The notes: a model not told the origin generated them from the letters alone. Positions 28,247 through 37,963 are shown, counted from the stretch's first letter. The stretch is 64,000 nt of DNA from a virus (IMGVR_UViG_3300028042_000001:92944-156943), one strand, 5' to 3'. Made by a program: numbers and translations.

Positions 28247-29019
28247 TGGCAGGGATAATTGATGCTATATATACATTTAGATTTTTAAAACTACTTTCTA
28301 CTAAATGGGAAAATACTGATGCTTTTAAGTTAGATATTATTGATAAAGATGGAAAACCCTTAAAGAAAAGTAAAGATTTAACAACAACAAAAGAGAAGAA
28401 ATCTTATACATCTTTTGTTCGTCTTGTTTTTAAATTGAAACGTTTAATGGGTACTATACCCGGAGGAAAATCAGCCGTTGCTCGTTATGGTGCGGCATTA
28501 GCATTATTAAAAGAACATAAAGAAGAGGTATGTCAAATGGGAATTAATTTCAACATCCTTACAGAAGGATTAAATAAATATATAAAAGAAGAGGTTTCTA
28601 CTGGAACTGGTGGTATAGAAGGAAAAGAACAACCTATCGGAAAAAAAGGCGAGATAAAAAAACGTAAAGATAATAAATCTAAACAAGAAGTGATAGATAA
28701 AGGAACAAAAGAATCTAATAAAAATGAAGAGACTAACTATTCATATCAAGTTATTGGAGACGTTGTTGTTCGTGTCGATGAATTAAAGCGTGTGGTAAAA
28801 AAACGAGTCCATGGAAATAAACGTCAAAAGAAACGAGAATATGTTCCTACTAAAAGAAGAACAAGAACTGGAAGAAAGAAACTTAGAGGAGGTCAAAAGG
28901 CGAAATGGAAGAGATCTCATAAGAAGGCATACAGAAAGGCTCATACAGGATCAGCGGCTCATAAAAGAAAACGATCTATGAAAAAGAGTAATAAATATAA
29001 TCATAGAGGAAAAAAATAA
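28246..29019 (+). CDS. hypothetical protein with extremely basic C-terminal tail
   Basis: C-terminal ~70 aa K/R-rich (KRQKKREYVPTKRRTRTGRKKLRGGQKAKWKRSHKK..). Confidence 0.45.
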   Translation: MAGIIDAIYTFRFLKLLSTKWENTDAFKLDIIDKDGKPLKKSKDLTTTKEKKSYTSFVRLVFKLKRLMGTIPGGKSAVARYGAALALLKEHKEEVCQMGINFNILTEGLNKYIKEEVSTGTGGIEGKEQPIGKKGEIKKRKDNKSKQEVIDKGTKESNKNEETNYSYQVIGDVVVRVDELKRVVKKRVHGNKRQKKREYVPTKRRTRTGRKKLRGGQKAKWKRSHKKAYRKAHTGSAAHKRKRSMKKSNKYNHRGKK

Positions 29020-29060
29020 TTGACATTTAATCGCTCATGATCTATAATTATAAGTTATGA
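29010..29060 (+). promoter_or_regulatory. sigma70-like promoter TTGACA-17-TATAAT embedded in a 14-bp-arm hairpin
   Basis: TTTAAATCGCTCAT / ATGAGCGATTTAAA inverted repeat flanks the -10 hexamer; immediately upstream of the primase gene. Confidence 0.5.
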
Positions 29061-30076
29061 GCGATTTAAACATAGACATTACATATATTGGAAGGTTATC
29101 TTCTAGAATTGATCAATTTAAAAAGGTTAGGAGAAATGTATGGAATGCCCGTTGTCCTATATGCGGAGATAGTAAAAAAAATAAATTCAAGAAAAGATTT
29201 TATATATTTCTTGACAAAGGCAAGTATTTCACTAAATGTCATAATTGCCCAGATGCTAATTATGAATTTTCTTTCTTTTTGAAAATTCATCACCCTGATT
29301 TATATAATGAATATCTTATTGAAAAATTACCCCAAAAAACATCATTAAAGAAAAATAGGTTTAAACATATAAAGGATATTGTTCCTAAAAAAATTCATTG
29401 TAATGGATTTGATTATAATAATTTAAAACGATTTAACGAATTAAATATATCACATCCTGCTAGAATTTATGTAGAAAAAAGAAAAATACCAAATAATTTA
29501 ATATATTATTGTGATAATTTTTCTTTATTTATAGATAGTTTAAATATAAATCATTATAAAATATCATACAAAAATTCAAATGAACCTAGAATAATCATTC
29601 CTTTTTATAGAGAAGATGGATTATCTACAGTATTTCAAGCAAGAGCATTTTCTAAACAAGAAGGACTTCGATATATAACTATTAAAGAAGATGATCAAGA
29701 GAGTAAAATATATGGTTTGGAAAGAATAGATAAGAGAAAGCCTGTATATTGCGTTGAGGGGCCGATTGATTCTGTTATGATACCAAACTGTATTGCTATG
29801 TCTGGAATATCCACAAGGCTTCCTGATGGTATAGATGAATATATATTTATATTTGATAATGAACCGAGGAATATTGATGTTGTTAAAAATATGAGAAAAC
29901 GATTAAGACAAGGACATAAAGTTGTTATAATGCCAGAAAGAATAAAATTTGATGATTTGAATGATATGAAAGTTAAAGGTGGTATGAGTTCAAAGAAAAT
30001 ACTTGACGTGATTAATTCAAACATATATAATGGTGATGTTGGTTATATGAAACTAAAAGAATGGAGCAGATTATGA
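29057..30076 (+). CDS. DNA primase (T4 gp61-like; Zn ribbon plus Toprim)
   Basis: RCPICGDSKKNKFKKRFY..CHNC zinc ribbon; EPRIIIPFY, RYITI, KIYGLERI, VYCVEGPIDSVMI, IFDNEPRN blocks parallel T4 gp61. Confidence 0.85.
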   Translation: MSDLNIDITYIGRLSSRIDQFKKVRRNVWNARCPICGDSKKNKFKKRFYIFLDKGKYFTKCHNCPDANYEFSFFLKIHHPDLYNEYLIEKLPQKTSLKKNRFKHIKDIVPKKIHCNGFDYNNLKRFNELNISHPARIYVEKRKIPNNLIYYCDNFSLFIDSLNINHYKISYKNSNEPRIIIPFYREDGLSTVFQARAFSKQEGLRYITIKEDDQESKIYGLERIDKRKPVYCVEGPIDSVMIPNCIAMSGISTRLPDGIDEYIFIFDNEPRNIDVVKNMRKRLRQGHKVVIMPERIKFDDLNDMKVKGGMSSKKILDVINSNIYNGDVGYMKLKEWSRL

Positions 30077-30321
30077 GAATTAAAATAAGAGCAAAAGATG
30101 TTATAAATGTTTGTGAAAAATATGAAGCATATATAGAACTTAATAATAAAAATGTTAAACGTATTATTAATAGTGATGATACGTTTAATGAAATTTGTTA
30201 TCTTTGCAAGGAATCTTTTTTTGTTAATATAAAACATATGGCAGAATATGCTGATAATTCTAATTTTCCGTATCTAATAATCAACCAAAAAGAATTCAAC
30301 AAAATGGAAAAATATTTATGA
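30061..30321 (+). CDS. hypothetical protein (86 aa)
   Basis: ORF. Confidence 0.35.
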   Translation: MEQIMRIKIRAKDVINVCEKYEAYIELNNKNVKRIINSDDTFNEICYLCKESFFVNIKHMAEYADNSNFPYLIINQKEFNKMEKYL

Positions 30322-31184
30322 TATTAAAAGACCAAGAAGTTAGAGTATGGGGCCAAACTCCATGTAGTAAAAAAGAATCTATTAATTGGATCGAAGCGGC
30401 AGGAAGAACTTGTTATAGATCTGAAGATAAAATAATTGATGGTTCTGGTATAAAATTTGTTAAAAATATATGGAAAAGAAACCATTATTCAGTTTTAGAA
30501 CATTCTAATATTGTTTTAAGAACACGTATAAAATCAAAATTTCCTAATATGGCATTAATAAAAGAGAAATCTGTTTTTGATTCTAAATATTTCTCTTTTT
30601 GTATTCATCATGATCATGTTTATATTTCTGGTAATTGGCGATCATGGATAGAATTTTATAAAGCTTTACGAGGTAATGATGATATAATGACAATCGATAA
30701 TATTATTGATTTTCTAGAATCAGAAACATATGAAGTAATAAAAGACAATCAATGTGTTCCTAATCAACTAAAAGCTATCACAGTAGAGTTTATTACTGAT
30801 AGAGCAGTTACACATGAATTAGTTAGACATAGGCCAGCAAGCTATTCCCAAGAGTCTCAGAGATATGTTCGTTATGGTGATATAACGTTTATCAAACCTT
30901 CATGGTTTGATAAAATCGAAGATGGTTCATATGAACGGGTTATTTTTAATAATTCATGTAAATCTATAGAAACGCAGTATAAAGGATTGCTTGCTATTGG
31001 TATGAAAGCAGAAGATGCTAGAGTTATTCTTCCAAACTGTACCGCTACAAAAATAATCATGACTGCTAGTATTCCTGAATGGAAACATGTATTTTTTCTT
31101 AGAACAAGCAAGGCGGCATACCCACAAATACGCAATATTATGATACCTGTTCAAGAAATATTTAATATTAATAAATGGATATAA
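30318..31184 (+). CDS. thyX: flavin-dependent thymidylate synthase ThyX
   Basis: ThyX signature VRHRPASYSQESQRY (RHRxxSxxxESxRY). Confidence 0.85.
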   Translation: MILKDQEVRVWGQTPCSKKESINWIEAAGRTCYRSEDKIIDGSGIKFVKNIWKRNHYSVLEHSNIVLRTRIKSKFPNMALIKEKSVFDSKYFSFCIHHDHVYISGNWRSWIEFYKALRGNDDIMTIDNIIDFLESETYEVIKDNQCVPNQLKAITVEFITDRAVTHELVRHRPASYSQESQRYVRYGDITFIKPSWFDKIEDGSYERVIFNNSCKSIETQYKGLLAIGMKAEDARVILPNCTATKIIMTASIPEWKHVFFLRTSKAAYPQIRNIMIPVQEIFNINKWI

Positions 31185-31185
31185 T

Positions 31186-31485
31186 ATGATTAATACAATT
31201 GTTTATTTAACTAATATAGCATGTGTTGGTATTGTTTTATTTATTTCTTTATGTGTTCTTATATGGTCTTTTATATGTTTGCATGAATATATAACTAATA
31301 GAATAAAAACAAAAAAAATAACAAAGATGAATACATCTTTTCATCTTAAATTTGACGAGATGAAAAGATATTGTGGTTCTGAATTTCCAATAGTCGAAGA
31401 TATATCATCATATATACATAATAATGCATTTGATATTGTAAATTTTAGAGATTTTTTACGAATAAAATATAAAAACAAGGAGTAA
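31186..31485 (+). CDS. small membrane protein
   Basis: N-terminal hydrophobic segment INTIVYLTNIACVGIVLFISLCVLIWSFICL. Confidence 0.4.
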   Translation: MINTIVYLTNIACVGIVLFISLCVLIWSFICLHEYITNRIKTKKITKMNTSFHLKFDEMKRYCGSEFPIVEDISSYIHNNAFDIVNFRDFLRIKYKNKE

Positions 31486-31487
31486 TA

Positions 31488-33434
31488 ATGGGATGTTTTG
31501 AAACAGACTTGCAACGATATATTCATATATCTAAATATGCAAGATGGATAGAAGAGGAAAATCGAAGAGAAACATGGGAAGAATCTGTGGGGAGATTTAT
31601 AGATTTCTGGGAAAATAAGAAAGTTGGTATAGGAAATGTGTCATTAATAGAAGATCCTGAAATTCTTGGAGATATTGAAAAAGCTATATTGAGATGTGAT
31701 ATAATGCCTTCTATGCGTGGTATGATGACTGCTGGAAAGGCTCTTGAACGGGATAATATTGCGCTTTATAATTGTACTGCAAGCGCTGTTATCCATCCTG
31801 CCATTTTTTCTGAGGCATTTTATATATTAATGAATGGTTGTGGTTTTGGTTTTTCTGTTGAAAGGCAATATATCAATGAATTGCCAGAAATTGCAGAAGA
31901 ATTGTTTGAAACAGAAACTACTTTAATCATTAGAGATTCAAAAATTGGATGGGCTACTGGATTGAAAGAATTGATTTCTATGTTATATAATGGACAAATT
32001 CCTAAATGGGATCTTTCTAAGGTTCGTCCTGCTGGTGCTCGTTTAAAAACCTTTGGTGGTAGAGCTTCTGGCCCTGAACCTCTTAATAAATTATTTATTC
32101 ATGTAGTATCATTATTTAAAAATGCTTCTGGAAGAAAATTAACTTCTATTGAATGTCATGATCTTATGTGTTATATTGCTGATACTGTTATTGTTGGATC
32201 TGTTCGTAGAGCGGCATTAATATCATTATCTAACCTTACTGATGATCGTATGAGAAGAGCAAAAGATGGACAATGGTGGATGGTTGCTCCTCATAGAGCA
32301 CTTGCTAATAATTCTGTATCATATACAGAAAAACCTGATCTAGATTCATTTTCGAAGGAGTGGAGAACTCTTTATAAAAGTAAATCAGGAGAAAGAGGTA
32401 TATGGAATAGTGAAGGTGCTAAAAAATTGTCAATAGAACAAGGAAGGCCAAATGCTGAAGATTATAATTTTATACCTAATCCTTGTGGAGAAGTATCTAT
32501 TCGTCATACCGGAGGCGTGTGTAATTTAACAGAAGTTATGATACGACCTAAAGATAGTCTTAATATGATAAAAAAGAAAATTAGACTTGCTACTATTATG
32601 GGAACTATTCAAGCAACATTAACTAATTTTCGTTTTTTGAGAAAGGTATGGAAAACAAATGCAGAAGAAGAGAGATTATTAGGTGTATCTTTGACAGGTA
32701 TTATGGATCATAAAATATTTAATAATCAATCATCTAAAAAAGAAATTAGTGATTGGTTTGGTATTGACTCTGATTTAGAAACAATACTTGATTATTTACG
32801 GGAATATTCACATAAAGTAAATAAACGATGGGCTAAAAAACTTAATATTAATAGTACAGGACATGTTTGTGTTATAAAACCATCAGGAACTGTTTCTATT
32901 TTGACAGGAACATCTTCTGGTATTCATCCTAGATATGGACAATATTATATAAGACGTGTAAGAAATGATAAAAAAGATCCTCTTTCTCAATTAATGATAT
33001 CAGAAGGTATTCCTTATGTTGATGAAGGAGATAAATATGTATTTTCTTTTTATGTCAAATCTCCTGATCATTCTGTAATTCAATGTGATATTGGAGCAAT
33101 GAAACAATTAGAAATATGGAAAATTTATAAAGAAAATTGGTGTGATGGTAATCCTTCTCAAACAATTTATTATAATGATGATGATTATTTCGCTATTGCT
33201 GATTGGTTGTGGAAAAATTGGGATGTTGTTGGAGGATTATCATTTTTCCCTTACACTGATGCATCTTATACTAATGCTCCTCTTGAAGAAATATCAGAAG
33301 AAATATATAATAAATCATTAGAAACATTTCCTAAAGATATAAATTGGGAAATGTTGTCTAATTTTGAACTGAAGGACAGTACAGAGTCTGCAATGACATT
33401 AGCATGTTCTGGAGATAATTGTTCGTTAGTATAA
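31488..33434 (+). CDS. nrdJ: ribonucleotide reductase, class II-like (NPCGE active site), single chain
   Basis: FIPNPCGEVSI catalytic Cys/Glu motif typical of class II RNR; 648 aa; no adjacent beta subunit gene. Confidence 0.75.
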   Translation: MGCFETDLQRYIHISKYARWIEEENRRETWEESVGRFIDFWENKKVGIGNVSLIEDPEILGDIEKAILRCDIMPSMRGMMTAGKALERDNIALYNCTASAVIHPAIFSEAFYILMNGCGFGFSVERQYINELPEIAEELFETETTLIIRDSKIGWATGLKELISMLYNGQIPKWDLSKVRPAGARLKTFGGRASGPEPLNKLFIHVVSLFKNASGRKLTSIECHDLMCYIADTVIVGSVRRAALISLSNLTDDRMRRAKDGQWWMVAPHRALANNSVSYTEKPDLDSFSKEWRTLYKSKSGERGIWNSEGAKKLSIEQGRPNAEDYNFIPNPCGEVSIRHTGGVCNLTEVMIRPKDSLNMIKKKIRLATIMGTIQATLTNFRFLRKVWKTNAEEERLLGVSLTGIMDHKIFNNQSSKKEISDWFGIDSDLETILDYLREYSHKVNKRWAKKLNINSTGHVCVIKPSGTVSILTGTSSGIHPRYGQYYIRRVRNDKKDPLSQLMISEGIPYVDEGDKYVFSFYVKSPDHSVIQCDIGAMKQLEIWKIYKENWCDGNPSQTIYYNDDDYFAIADWLWKNWDVVGGLSFFPYTDASYTNAPLEEISEEIYNKSLETFPKDINWEMLSNFELKDSTESAMTLACSGDNCSLV

Positions 33435-33894
33435 TACATAACATAATGGTATGATAAACGATATTATCATACCATTATTGTATATAAAATAAAATATAGG
33501 ATAAACAATGACATTAAAAATGTGTGAATATATTTCATATAAAAAATATATAATATATATTAAATCGTGGGATGAATGGCAAACAGCAATTCGTTCTCAT
33601 CTATTTAAAAACCCAATGAGAATAACATGAAAATAAATATAGAATGCCCAGAATGTGATGCAGTTTGTAATGTTAAACATGATATGGATGATGAATTATA
33701 CATAATTTCATTTTGTCCGTGTTGTGGATGTGATATAGAAGAAGATGATATGTATTATGCATATTATAATGAATAAATGATTTAGATATTGACTTTTATT
33801 TTAATATACACTATATTAAAATAAAATATTAAAAGGTTCTGATTGTATATATAATATTAGAACCTTTTAATATATATAAAAACGGAGATATAAA

Positions 33895-34704
33895 ATGAAA
33901 AATATTATTGGTATTATTTTAATAGGAGTATTTTGTTATTCCTCTTCTGCTGTTGCTTCAATAATGAATGATGATGGATGCCCTAAACAAACATGTGAGA
34001 CTATAGAAGTACATGAATCTCATACATACACAACAACAGAAGAGGTTGTTACTCATTATACATCTGAAGTTGTATCAGAATATCAAATTCAATGGGATAA
34101 TAATATTAATATTAATAATAGCGATAATAATAGCGATAATAATAGCGATAATAATAGCGATAATAATAGAAATAATAACAGTCGTTATAATGATATAAGA
34201 AGAACATGGAATAAAAACGGTACTTGTAGTGTTACTATGGATAGTAATCTGCATTCTGGCTGGCATAATAGATGGTCTTCTAATGATAATATCATAATTA
34301 GTAATATTAATGGTTTTACTCATTATGATATCAATGATATTAATGAATGCGCTTTTTATCTAAATGCGTTATCAACTAATAATAGAAGTGGTGGTAATAA
34401 TAGAAATGGTGGTAATAATAGAAATGGTGGTAATAATAGAAATGGTGGTAATAATAGTACCGGGTATTTATCACGAAATATATCATTCATTGATATATAT
34501 TCTACTAGCTTCTTTACAACATCACACACAGATTCTTATGATTATTTTTCTACTATATGTACTTATGATATAGATCCTTTCGAATGTCCTGAAAATAATT
34601 GTGAAGATGATAACTCCCCCGTACCTGAACCATCAACTATGTTACTATTTGGTGTTGGTATTTTCAGTATAGGATTATTTAACATAAAAAAAATAAAAAA
34701 ATAG
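33895..34704 (+). CDS. secreted tandem-repeat protein with PEP-CTERM-like C-terminal anchor
   Basis: signal peptide MKNIIGIILIGVFCYSSSAVASI; NSDN x4 (12-nt repeats) and RNGGNN x4 (18-nt repeats); C-terminus PVPEPSTMLLFGVGIFSIGLFNIKKIKK. Confidence 0.6.
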   Translation: MKNIIGIILIGVFCYSSSAVASIMNDDGCPKQTCETIEVHESHTYTTTEEVVTHYTSEVVSEYQIQWDNNININNSDNNSDNNSDNNSDNNRNNNSRYNDIRRTWNKNGTCSVTMDSNLHSGWHNRWSSNDNIIISNINGFTHYDINDINECAFYLNALSTNNRSGGNNRNGGNNRNGGNNRNGGNNSTGYLSRNISFIDIYSTSFFTTSHTDSYDYFSTICTYDIDPFECPENNCEDDNSPVPEPSTMLLFGVGIFSIGLFNIKKIKK

Positions 34705-34777
34705 TTGCTTTTTTTATATAGTCATGTTATATTCTTTTTATTGAATTGTATTTAACAATTATACATTAGAGGAAAAC

Positions 34778-35044
34778 ATGACTAATAAAAATAAAATCAA
34801 AATTTTAATAGAAATTGCTGAAGATAATAATGTTCTTGTTGAACGTGGTAATATGATTCGATGGGATGGATCTATTGGATCTCAATTTCGATATAATATC
34901 AAAAAGAATGTAATTCGTTTTGAATGTAGAAAATTATCATCTACATTATGGACACGTATTAGTTCTCATAGTATTAAAGATTTAAATATCAATTTATGGA
35001 CAGGGAATATGAACTTAGTCAATAAAAAACAAAATAGGTATTGA
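34778..35044 (+). CDS. hypothetical protein (88 aa)
   Basis: ORF with GAGGAAAA RBS. Confidence 0.35.
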   Translation: MTNKNKIKILIEIAEDNNVLVERGNMIRWDGSIGSQFRYNIKKNVIRFECRKLSSTLWTRISSHSIKDLNINLWTGNMNLVNKKQNRY

Positions 35045-35105
35045 CTTTTATTATAATATATTGTATATTAATTGAAAATAATAATAATAATAAAGGAGAA
35101 TTATT

Positions 35106-35339
35106 ATGAAAGATCTTGAAAATTTTAAATCAATAATTACTGAAGTTATTGAATGGGAAGAAGCTATTATTGATATGAATCAAAAAGGTATTAAAATTCC
35201 TAAAGTTTGTTCTCGTAAAATGCATGAATCTTTTGATGCCGCTCTTGAATGTATAGCTCATCTTAGGAATGAAGGTTTAGATAATATTGATTTAGCAGAA
35301 GTTGTTATCGAAATTATGAATATGAATATTAACAAATAA
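35106..35339 (+). CDS. hypothetical protein (77 aa)
   Basis: ORF with AAGGAG RBS. Confidence 0.35.
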   Translation: MKDLENFKSIITEVIEWEEAIIDMNQKGIKIPKVCSRKMHESFDAALECIAHLRNEGLDNIDLAEVVIEIMNMNINK

Positions 35340-35352
35340 GGATACCTATATC

Positions 35353-35613
35353 ATGGCACATTTTTATGGAAGTGTTCAAGGACATAAAGGATCAGTAACC
35401 CGTACTGGTTCAAAAAACTCTGGATATAATGCTACTGTTGCTTCTTGGGAAGGCGCTGTAACAGTTGTTGCTTGGTATAATGAAGAGAAAAATGAAGATT
35501 GGGTTACTGTCCGTTTAACTACATGGAAAGGTGCTGGTAAAGATGTTCCTTTGTATCGTGGCCCTGTTAATGGTAATGAATCGTCTAAATATATTCAAAA
35601 TGGAATTGAATGA
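35353..35613 (+). CDS. hypothetical protein (86 aa)
   Basis: ORF. Confidence 0.4.
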   Translation: MAHFYGSVQGHKGSVTRTGSKNSGYNATVASWEGAVTVVAWYNEEKNEDWVTVRLTTWKGAGKDVPLYRGPVNGNESSKYIQNGIE

Positions 35614-35660
35614 GATTTATAATGAAAACTAATATTTTAACAGCAAAAAATTATTAATGA

Positions 35661-35852
35661 ATGTCTAGTTTGTATCAAGGAGATCAAATGAAATTTACAG
35701 TAAAAAAATGTAATTGTGGTCGTGTTTGTAATCCTTTTCAATTGAGTATTGTTGATGATACTTGGTTAAAAAATAATATAGAATATTATCAATATAAATG
35801 TCCTCAATGCAGAAAAACTCATGTAATTGAGGTTGTGCATGAAGAAAAATAA
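35661..35852 (+). CDS. hypothetical zinc-ribbon protein
   Basis: CNCGRVC..CPQCRK. Confidence 0.35.
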   Translation: MSSLYQGDQMKFTVKKCNCGRVCNPFQLSIVDDTWLKNNIEYYQYKCPQCRKTHVIEVVHEEK

Positions 35853-36114
35853 ATTATTTAATATTAATAATAATGTATGGGTTAAACTTAATGATTATGG
35901 AATGTTAATTCATAAAAAACATTACAATAAATATAAAACAGAATATATTCCTCCTCATAAAGATGATGAAGGATGGAGTAAATTTCAATTATGGACTCTG
36001 ATGAGTATATATGGAAAATATATGTATAATGGTTGTAATATTCCATTCGAAACTGATATTTTGTTTAATGTACCACAAGAAAAAGATACAAATCTATTGA
36101 CATCTTATAAATAA
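35827..36114 (+). CDS. hypothetical protein (95 aa)
   Basis: ORF. Confidence 0.35.
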   Translation: MRLCMKKNKLFNINNNVWVKLNDYGMLIHKKHYNKYKTEYIPPHKDDEGWSKFQLWTLMSIYGKYMYNGCNIPFETDILFNVPQEKDTNLLTSYK

Positions 36115-36164
36115 TATGTTATAGTTTTTTATATTAATTGAAACTATAATTATAGAGGTTTATT

Positions 36165-37556
36165 ATGAATGAATTTTTAAATAAAGTACCACAAAAAGAA
36201 TCAATCATCTGGAAGACTTTAATCGATGCTGGATATCAAACATATCTAGTTGGTGGTGCTGTAAGAGATATTCTTTTGTGTGAATCTCCTAAAGATTTTG
36301 ATTTTGCTACAAAAGCAACGCCTTCTGATATTAGTAATGTTTTTGAAAACAGTAATTTTAAATTGGATTTTGTTGGAGCATCTTTCGGTGTTATGATGAT
36401 TGATGATATTGAGGTCGCTACTTTCCGAGGAGATCGGTATTTTGGTGGTGGAGACAAGGATGTAGAAATAACATATGTTGATAATATCGATGAAGATCTT
36501 TCTAGGAGGGACTTCACTATCAACGCAATGGCTATGTCTCCTAATGGAAATCTTATTGATCCTTTTGATGGAGAAGCTGATTTAATTAATCATGATTCTA
36601 TTATAATTCGGTTTGTTGGTAATCCTGAAGATCGGATTAATGAAGATCCAAACAGAATTATGAGAGCATTCCGGTTCTCTGCTAGGTTTGATGCTGATTT
36701 TGCTAGAACAACAGCAGTTGCGTTAAATAATAATATAGATAAAGTCAATATGATCGCTCCTGAACGTATTCGATTAGAAATAATTAAAACTTTAAAATCT
36801 ACTAAAGATTCTTCTATATTTTGGGAATTGCTTCGTAACAGTGGTGCTTTGGATATTATATTTCCTGAGATGGGCTATGGATGGAAACATGATCATGGTA
36901 ATCATCATCCAGAAGATGTATGGACTCATAATATGCTTGCTGGTGATTATATAAAAGGAGAAAGACCTTTGCTTAAATTAGCAGGATACCTTCATGATGT
37001 TGGAAAACCTGCGTCATATGATCCTGAAAAAAGAACATTTTATGAACATCATACTATGGGAGCTGATATTATTAGAGAAAGGCTTTCGTTATTGAAATTT
37101 TCTAATGAAGAGATTCGATATATTGTTAATCTTACATTGGTTCATATGGATGGAACACGAGGTATGTCTGATAAAGCTCGTAGGCGTTTAAAGAATAAAT
37201 TAGGTAGATATGATATTAATTGGGAAGAATATCTTACTATTCGTGTTGCTGATAGACATGCTAATCTTTCACGCCCCGATTTTACAGTAAAACAAATCAA
37301 TGATTATATTGAAATGTTTACAATAGATGAAGTTGTACCTATTAGTGTTAATTCTCTTGTATTGTCTGGTGGTCAGATTATAGATATATTTAACTTGACA
37401 CCATCTCCTATTGTTGGTAATATACAAAGAGAGTTGTTAAGATTAGTTGTAGAAAATGGTGATCAATTTAATACAATTCCTCGTCTTGTAGATCATATAA
37501 TGGATGTGTTTGATATTGAACCTGATTTTATAAAAGTTCAGAAATTAACAAAATAA
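36165..37556 (+). CDS. cca: tRNA nucleotidyltransferase (CCA-adding enzyme) with HD domain
   Basis: N-terminal polymerase-beta head LVGGAVRDILL..PKDFDFAT; C-terminal HD motif YLHDVGKP and HH pairs. Confidence 0.8.
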   Translation: MNEFLNKVPQKESIIWKTLIDAGYQTYLVGGAVRDILLCESPKDFDFATKATPSDISNVFENSNFKLDFVGASFGVMMIDDIEVATFRGDRYFGGGDKDVEITYVDNIDEDLSRRDFTINAMAMSPNGNLIDPFDGEADLINHDSIIIRFVGNPEDRINEDPNRIMRAFRFSARFDADFARTTAVALNNNIDKVNMIAPERIRLEIIKTLKSTKDSSIFWELLRNSGALDIIFPEMGYGWKHDHGNHHPEDVWTHNMLAGDYIKGERPLLKLAGYLHDVGKPASYDPEKRTFYEHHTMGADIIRERLSLLKFSNEEIRYIVNLTLVHMDGTRGMSDKARRRLKNKLGRYDINWEEYLTIRVADRHANLSRPDFTVKQINDYIEMFTIDEVVPISVNSLVLSGGQIIDIFNLTPSPIVGNIQRELLRLVVENGDQFNTIPRLVDHIMDVFDIEPDFIKVQKLTK

Positions 37557-37559
37557 CTA

Positions 37560-37600
37560 TTGACATAAGAGATTGTATATGTTATAATCTCTTATGTCAA
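37560..37600 (+). promoter_or_regulatory. sigma70 consensus promoter TTGACA-17-TATAAT embedded in a 15-bp-arm hairpin
   Basis: TTGACATAAGAGATT / AATCTCTTATGTCAA perfect inverted repeat spans -35 through -10; sits between the cca stop and the next ORF. Confidence 0.5.
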
Positions 37601-37623
37601 ATGTATTAAATTTGACATAAGAT

Positions 37624-37923
37624 GTGTTTATGAATAAATATACGTTAAGTAGTAATGAGTATAAGGAGTTTGTGAGGGATCATTTTTTTCGGCCATACCA
37701 AAACAGGATATCGAAAAGCGAGAAGCCATTAGCTTTTTCACAGAAAGACTATGACCTAATTCCTGATTATGTGGCAAGACACCCAGATTGGGCTGAAAAA
37801 GTCTTCAGACGAATATCTAACATATTCAAAACGATAGAAACTGGTGTTTTTCCTTCTGATTTATCAGCAATGGTTATAATGACAGAATGTGCAAAGCGTG
37901 GTGTGGTGATTGAATATACATAA
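37624..37923 (+). CDS. hypothetical protein (99 aa)
   Basis: ORF. Confidence 0.4.
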   Translation: MFMNKYTLSSNEYKEFVRDHFFRPYQNRISKSEKPLAFSQKDYDLIPDYVARHPDWAEKVFRRISNIFKTIETGVFPSDLSAMVIMTECAKRGVVIEYT

Positions 37924-37963
37924 CAATAACAATAACGTTATTATTAATTAAAGGAGATTTATT

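Noticed and set aside
20530-31154. Minus-strand ORFs nested inside uvsX, helicase, phosphoesterase, primase and ThyX genes (e.g. 20530-20730, 22199-22405, 25179-25391, 29695-30024, 30872-31135)
   Set aside because: Antisense to well-supported conserved genes; hydrophobic/low-complexity translations typical of AT-rich antisense frames.
17613-33434. Inteins or additional introns in DNA polymerase, helicase, ThyX or RNR
   Set aside because: Catalytic motifs occur in the expected order and spacing in single uninterrupted ORFs.
34100-34460. Possible CRISPR array (short direct repeats)
   Set aside because: Repeats are 12- and 18-nt, perfectly in-frame codon repeats (NSDN, RNGGNN) inside a signal-peptide protein. 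There are no spacers of unique sequence.
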